Assembly: GCF_006345805.1 (NCBI RefSeq)
Contig: NW_021826041.1
Coordinates: 1-13,867 of the forward strand
Source: Octopus sinensis
Lineage: Eukaryota
DNA length: 13,867 nucleotides
Direction: 5' to 3'
Shown here: positions 8,093 to 13,867 of the stretch, in pieces
How the letters are laid out: each line of letters opens with the position of its first letter
Numbering within the stretch: the stretch's first letter is position 1
Position numbers and translations under genes: made by a program
Notes under the pieces: generated by a model
What the model was told of the DNA's origin: nothing
Seen by the model: only the letters and a program-made list of their open reading frames with translations
The model's database searches: none

Positions 8093-8638
8093 TTTTAAAA
8101 GAAAGAAAAAGGTCAATAAATACTTGCCATTACATTTTTAATCAACCAAATATGAAACATTTTGTTGCACAATGCGTCTCCATCTTTCCTTTCACTTGAA
8201 ATAACCCCCTTCCCAGAACTGAGGTGGTTTCATGGCAAAGAATTCATCATGGTATCTTTTTGTGTCATCCAAGGAATTGAAATTTTTACTATTAAGACTA
8301 TTCTGAGAGACCTGAATAAGTGGAAATCCGAAGGAGCAATATCTGGTGAATATTGACATATTGAGGGTGGGGTAACACATCCCAGCCGAGCTGCAGCAAT
8401 TTTTTTTCTGGTTCCCAAAGCATCAAGTGCCGAAAAGGAACTTTCTTATCTTCCATTTTAAAGGGTTACAGAATTAACACATGTTATAAGAACATAAATC
8501 TTCTTCCACGAGAAGACAGCGTAAACTGTGCTCTAAATGGAGGTGTAGTCAAATCCTATTTTATGGACTCAACCATGTTCTAAAATAAGTCAAAAGGTAA
8601 GCTACCATAAATCGGCACGAACTTTCCGGACAACCCAA
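8093..8638 (-). mobile_element. Internally deleted mariner (Tc1/mariner) element; 3' TIR not seen
   Basis: TA followed by TIR-like TTGGGTTGTCCGGAAAGTTCGTGCCGATTT (8638-8609). ATG at 8456 gives MEDKKVPFRHLMLW, fused to the C-terminal LGTRKK/LLQLGWDVLPHP/YSPDIAPSDFHLFRS/QNSLNSKNFNSLDD..DEFFAMKPPQFWEGG. YSPDLAPxD is the mariner signature. Confidence 0.92.
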
Positions 8639-8757
8639 TACACACACACACACACACACACACACCATATAGTATATTATAAGCTTAAAGCTTATAAACG
8701 ATCACCTAATGGGGCATATCAGCCCTTGACGGAACAAAGTAGGTTTTCCCGTACGCG

Positions 8758-8798
<41 letters not shown>

Positions 8799-8855
8799 AT
8801 TAGAGATAAAACCACTATTAGGCAAATCAAACAGTGAAAATCATAAACCAATACA

Positions 8856-8891
<36 letters not shown>

Positions 8892-8980
8892 TCCATACAT
8901 ACGTACACTGACGCGCGAGCACACATATACGTATATGCATGCATATATGCACACACACATACATATGCATATAGCACATG

Positions 8981-9943
8981 CAGTAATACCTCACTTTACA
9001 AGACCCCGGGTTTACGAGTTTTATTTTATCATATTTCATGCGCAAAACCCAAATTTTGAATGAAGTGCAAACATTTCTACTCTTATAGCAAATGCTCCTG
9101 CAGGATACCGAGAAATTTACAGAGAGCGAAAAGGTTTCTTCTAAGCAAACAACGCTAGACTTGATTTTTAAAATGAGATCTGCAAGTCCGTCTACGAGTG
9201 CTTTTGCATCAGCGATCGCGTCTATAAGTGACGGTGTGCACGAGTCTAGTTCGAGTGAAAGTGATTCAGAAAACGATAACAATAATAATAATTTTAAATT
9301 ATAAATGATCTTGACATTCTTTTTGCTTTGCATAAAATATTCTTTACATTCTACTGTTGTTTTATTGCCATTTATTTACGAGTATTATCAATTTTATAGG
9401 TAAAATATTTTTCTGGGAACGAATTACAATTTATAACATTGCTACTATGGAAAAGTATCGCTCTGCTTTACGAGTATTCACTTTACGAGTGATCTCCGGG
9501 AACATATTAACTCGTATATCGAGTCATTACTCTTTTACTCTTTTACTTGTTTCAGTCATTTGATTGTGGCCATGCTGGAGCACCGCTTTTAGTCGAGCAA
9601 ATCGACCCCAGGACTTATTCTTTGTAAGCCTAGTACTTATTCTATCGGTCTCATTTGCCGAACCGCTAAGTTACGGGGACGTAAACACACCAGCATCGGT
9701 TGTCGAGCGATGTTGGGGGGCGGACAAACACAGATACACAAACATATACACACACGTACATATATATATACATATATACGACGGGCTTCTTTCAGTTTTC
9801 GTCTACCAAATCCACTCACAAAGCTTTGGTCGGCTCAAGGCTATAGTAGAAGACACCAGCCGAAAGTTCCACGCAGTGGGACTGAACCTGGAACCATGTG
9901 GTTGGTAAGCAAGCTGCTTACCACACAGCCTCTCCTACGCCTG
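8981..9943 (+). mobile_element. Internally deleted Tigger/pogo DNA transposon (body 8981-9530; last 2 nt displaced to 9942-9943 by a SINE)
   Basis: Left TIR CAGTAATACCTCACTTTACAAG (8981-9002). Right TIR CTCGTATATCGAGTCATTAC[SINE]TG followed by TA. C-terminal remnant NPNFE*SANISTLIANAPAGYREIYRERK/SKQTTLDLIFK plus an acidic tail, typical of Tigger transposases. Subterminal TTTACGAGT repeats. Confidence 0.82.
9527..9941 (-). mobile_element. SINE family A, full length (tRNA-derived head, internal microsatellite, LINE-type tail)
   Basis: Minus strand starts GGCGTAGGAGAGGCTGTGTGGTAAG, with an A-box-like motif at 9931-9921, a B-box GGTTCAGTCCC at 9888-9878 and a (GTAAAAGA)n tail. Confidence 0.92.
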
Positions 9944-10002
9944 TATACTTTATATACACATAAAGCATGTGTTTATATACATATATTATGAACGCATATC
10001 TA

Positions 10003-10020
10003 CATCTCTCTCTCTTTCCT

Positions 10021-10107
<87 letters not shown>

Positions 10108-10255
10108 ATATATACACATATATACACACACACACATATATATATATATATACACGTACACACACATACATTATACATATACATACATAGTTCTCTACAT
10201 GTATATTTATGCGTGCGTACATTTACAAAATCATATGTGCATACAAACTCACATG

Positions 10256-10295
<40 letters not shown>
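10003..10295. repeat. (TA)n/(CA)n microsatellite block
   Basis: Direct inspection. Confidence 0.95.
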
Positions 10296-10296
<1 letters not shown>

Positions 10297-10709
10297 TACC
10301 ATAGCGTTAATATTTGCAGACTGCAAAATAACTCCACTCAATTGCAGGTGTTCCAGCAACCGAGTTATTATATAAGTAAGAGAAAAATAACTTTATACTT
10401 AAAACATATATAAATATATATATTCATTGATATTTGTCTCATTCCAAAATAGGAAATTCCTGAAACCTCAGGGAATCTCGTAGCAATGACAGCAGGTAGT
10501 TACCGAGGTAACTTTTAAAGATAGGTAAAGTAATACATAGAAACGGAACGATAAGCCATGTTCAGGAAATTAAAAATCAAACATGACTAGAAATGGCCGT
10601 TAATGAACGTAATTAGTTTTCACTTTATTTATTATTTGCAAATCGTTGCTATATGGTGATTTGAAATCGATGTAATCTACTCTGCCATTAGGAAATATAT
10701 ATAGGAATA

Positions 10710-10712
10710 ATA

Positions 10713-10744
<32 letters not shown>

Positions 10745-10858
10745 CGTGCATACGCATATATATATATATATATATAAGCATATATATACACACAGACACA
10801 TATATTACATATATATATATTTATATATATACGCATACGCACACGCACACACACACAC

Positions 10859-10893
<35 letters not shown>

Positions 10894-11058
10894 TAAATAC
10901 GCTTATATATAGACATACATACTCGTACCTACATGCATATATATAGCCATATATACGTATCTATATGCATATATAACATATTCTATCTTTATACACACAC
11001 ACACATATTCATGTAAGCATATAAGTATACACATATACTTATACATATAAGCATATAC

Positions 11059-11093
<35 letters not shown>

Positions 11094-11270
11094 CAAAGAT
11101 ATATTTATATATCTTTATCTATCTGTCTATCAATTTTTATATAATTGATATATAATTGATATATATATATATCAATATATCTCTATCTCTCTATTTTTAC
11201 ACACACACACACATCAAACACACACACACACACACACACACTTACGCGTGTGTTGTGAGTATGTGTGTGA
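10710..11270. repeat. Compound TG/TA/CA low-complexity block
   Basis: Direct inspection. Confidence 0.92.
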
Positions 11271-11713
11271 CTTTTGCTGCGTTGACAAAACGGGAAACGA
11301 CCTCTCTACTATGAATTACGAAGCTTTCAAGATTACCAACGAAGTCTGTCAAATACAAATGTAATAAACAGCGGTAGCCGCTTAAGTGATGTTTTACCTG
11401 AGCTAAATTCGATGGCCAGGAAGTGGCTTGTCACTCTAGTGTAATGATATTCGCCGTGAGATGGTGTTCAGCAGGTAGTGTGTTCTATTTCCGTAGGCGA
11501 TTCTGGGTATTTATTTACGTCTTTCACTCTGCCTTTGAATGTAGTCAATTCTTGATAATAATGTTATTTCGAAATATATTATAACAGTGAATAGCAAGAA
11601 GCTATAGGGAGAGCTGAATAACAGGATGTTTTTCGAGAAGCACCTCTCATGTGTGAGGTTTCTCCTCTGAAGATCTGCCGTTCAGTTCTCAAACAATATT
11701 TCTGTTCGTCTAA

Positions 11714-12182
11714 GGCGGCGTGCTGGTAGAAACGTTAGCACGCCTGGAGAAATGCTTAGCAGTATTTCGTCTGCCGTTACGTTCTGAGTTCGAATTCCGC
11801 CGAGGTCGACTTTGCTTTTCATCCTTTCGGGATCGATAAATTAAGTTCCAATTACTCACTGGGGTCGATGTAATCGACTTAATCCCTTTGTCTGTCCTTG
11901 TTTGTTCCCTCTATGTTCAGCCCCTTGTGGCAATAAAGAAATAAGAAACGTTAGCACGCCGAGCGAAATACTTATCGCTACTTCGTCAGTTTTTACGTTC
12001 TGAGTTCAAATTCGACTTTGCTGTTCATCCTTTCAGAGACAATAAATCAAGGACCAGTTGCATACTGGGGTCGATCTAATCGACTGATCTCCCCCCCCCC
12101 CAATTTTTTTCTCCCCAAATAGAAAAGCTCTACATTGTAATTTGTCCCGTCTGAGTTCAGCCCTGTGTGACTAATAAAGAAA
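11714..12182 (+). mobile_element. Dimeric SINE family B (monomer 1 11714-11948; monomer 2 11944-12182)
   Basis: Head GGCGGCGTGCTGGTAGAAACGTTAGCACGCC, B-box GAGTTCGAATTCC (11786-11798). The central GAGGTCGACTTTGCTTTTCATCCTTTCGGGATCGATAAA resembles the Meta/MESC-type conserved SINE domain (from memory). Tail AATAAAGAAA. The second unit restarts at AGAAACGTTAGCACGCC. Confidence 0.88.
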
Positions 12183-12184
12183 CA

Positions 12185-12430
<246 letters not shown>

Positions 12431-12750
12431 TATACATGTACATATACATACATATACATATACGTACAGCCATACATTCACGAACGCACAAACATATATC
12501 GTTGCTATTATGTAAGTGTCGTAAGTCCAAAACGTTAATTTTTCAGAAAACAAAAAGATAGTTCACTATTCCATAGCAAAACCGCTGTACTACACTTTGA
12601 CAATTTTTGATATCTTGGCATCTGAACCGGCTGGAGATACGATAGTTTGACCAAAAGAACTGACTATTGCAAGCAAAAACAAAAAAATTAAAAAACCGCA
12701 TTTGGGCAAATCTGGACATACGAGAGTTTAACATAATAACAGCGATATAT

Positions 12751-12807
12751 ATTCTTTTATTCTTTTATATGTTTCAGCCTCGAGGCTGCGGCTATGCTGG
12801 GGCACCG
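12751..12807 (-). mobile_element. Extreme 3' fragment of a CR1-type LINE or its partner SINE
   Basis: Reverse complement CGGTGCCCCAGCATAGCCGCAGCCTCGAGGCTGAAACATATAAAAGAATAAAAGAAT matches 639-695. Confidence 0.8.
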
Positions 12808-13119
12808 TGTGTGTGTGTGTGTGTTGTGTGTGTGCAAATGACAAGGCATGGCAAATGGAGTCTTCAACTTTCAAATGCATTTTCTCGTATATCCACGAAA
12901 TAATTGAAATTAGCACCGGAAGTCGGAACGAAGCAAATGTCTAGTTTTTCATCTCGTGACACTTTGTGGACCGTTGTTCAGTATAGATAGAGTGCTACAC
13001 ATAATGCAAGGATCGTTTGATCAGATAGAGCGACAGTTGTATGACAGACGGTAACTGAAGAGACTAGTGAACACCAGGTGTCCGTGTCAGAGTAGGGATG
13101 ACGCCCATGGAATCAGGGA

Positions 13120-13146
13120 TACACACACACACACACACAGACACAG

Positions 13147-13178
<32 letters not shown>

Positions 13179-13581
13179 GGATATATGTGTATGCATATAG
13201 GTAGATAGATGGATATAATTTGTATATGCTATGTACATATGCATATACACACATATATATATATGTGGGGGTGAGTGTGTGTGAGTATGTGTGTGAGTGT
13301 TTATACGTATGCCACAAATACATAGCTATATTGGTATATATAAATATATGTGTATATATTCACGCATACATATGTATCTATATATAATATATAAATGCAT
13401 ATGTACGTGTATATTTGTTATTTTCTTTTTCTCTGTGTTTTTTTTTATAATTGACTATATATATATATGCATCGGATATGTGTATGCATACAGATACATG
13501 CTTGTATTTGCTTGTGTGTATGCCAATATGAATATGTTATATATATAATATATATGGTTACATATAATAATATATATTATC

Positions 13582-13614
<33 letters not shown>

Positions 13615-13650
13615 GATATATATATATTATATATATATATATATATGTAT
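13120..13650. repeat. CA/TA/TG low-complexity block containing one unique 48-bp insert (13412-13459)
   Basis: Direct inspection. Confidence 0.9.
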
Positions 13651-13652
13651 AT

Positions 13653-13867
13653 AGTCAATTATAAAAATTATAAACACAGAGAAAAAGAAAATAACAAATA
13701 AACGTTTGGACGTGGCACAAGTAATGTATTAGTAGTAAGACGCTCAGAGAAAGAAAAGAGTAGAAGTTTTACGTTTCGAGCATATCTCTTCTTCGGAAAC
13801 AGAAAGAAAGAGGAACGTCCGAGACGAAGGAGGAAAATAAATCGCCAACAATCACGTGCGGTTACAT
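13653..13867 (-). mobile_element. Hammerhead-bearing repeat family, copy 2 (reaches the window edge)
   Basis: Homologous to 1526-1726. Hammerhead-like motif at 13800-13766: GTTT-CCGAAGA-A-GAG(ATATG)CTC-GAAA-CG-TA-AAAC. Confidence 0.7.

Noticed and set aside
8827-9333. Longest ORF (168 aa, minus strand)
   Set aside because: It is the antisense of the Tigger remnant running into microsatellite.
9870-9941. tRNA-like A and B boxes (also 11714-11800)
   Set aside because: No complete cloverleaf; these are SINE heads continuous with SINE bodies.
9967-10946. Many overlapping ORFs rich in YI/HT/CV (also near 593, 1432-1826, 2994-3239, 7556, 8761, 12167, 13087-13548)
   Set aside because: They are translations of stop-free dinucleotide and tetranucleotide microsatellites.
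11395-11560. Minus-strand donor-like CAG|GTAAAA in unique DNA
   Set aside because: The upstream frames contain stops and no acceptor or homology was recognised.
12535-12735. Possible TTAA-bounded DNA-transposon fragment
   Set aside because: No inverted termini could be identified, and TTAA is common in this composition.

Overview
AT-rich, microsatellite-saturated eukaryotic DNA with no intact protein-coding gene. The SINE families look like those of octopus/cephalopod genomes (inference). Almost all listed ORFs are simple-repeat artefacts. The window is a patchwork of mobile-element remnants: the 3' end of a CR1-type LINE, two tRNA-derived SINE families (one shares the LINE 3' tail, one forms tandem arrays), an internally deleted mariner, an internally deleted Tigger/pogo split by a SINE, and a non-autonomous Helitron. 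The most notable signal is a set of short non-coding cassettes in or next to (TA)n tracts that carry hammerhead ribozyme motifs. One is a canonical type I hammerhead with a 76-nt stem II inside a hairpin-rich ~445-nt unit (1024-1469). The others are two diverged copies of a ~200-nt family sharing a variant minimal hammerhead (1526-1726 and 13653-13867). They resemble Penelope-like LTRs or retrozymes. All structures and alignments were done by eye.
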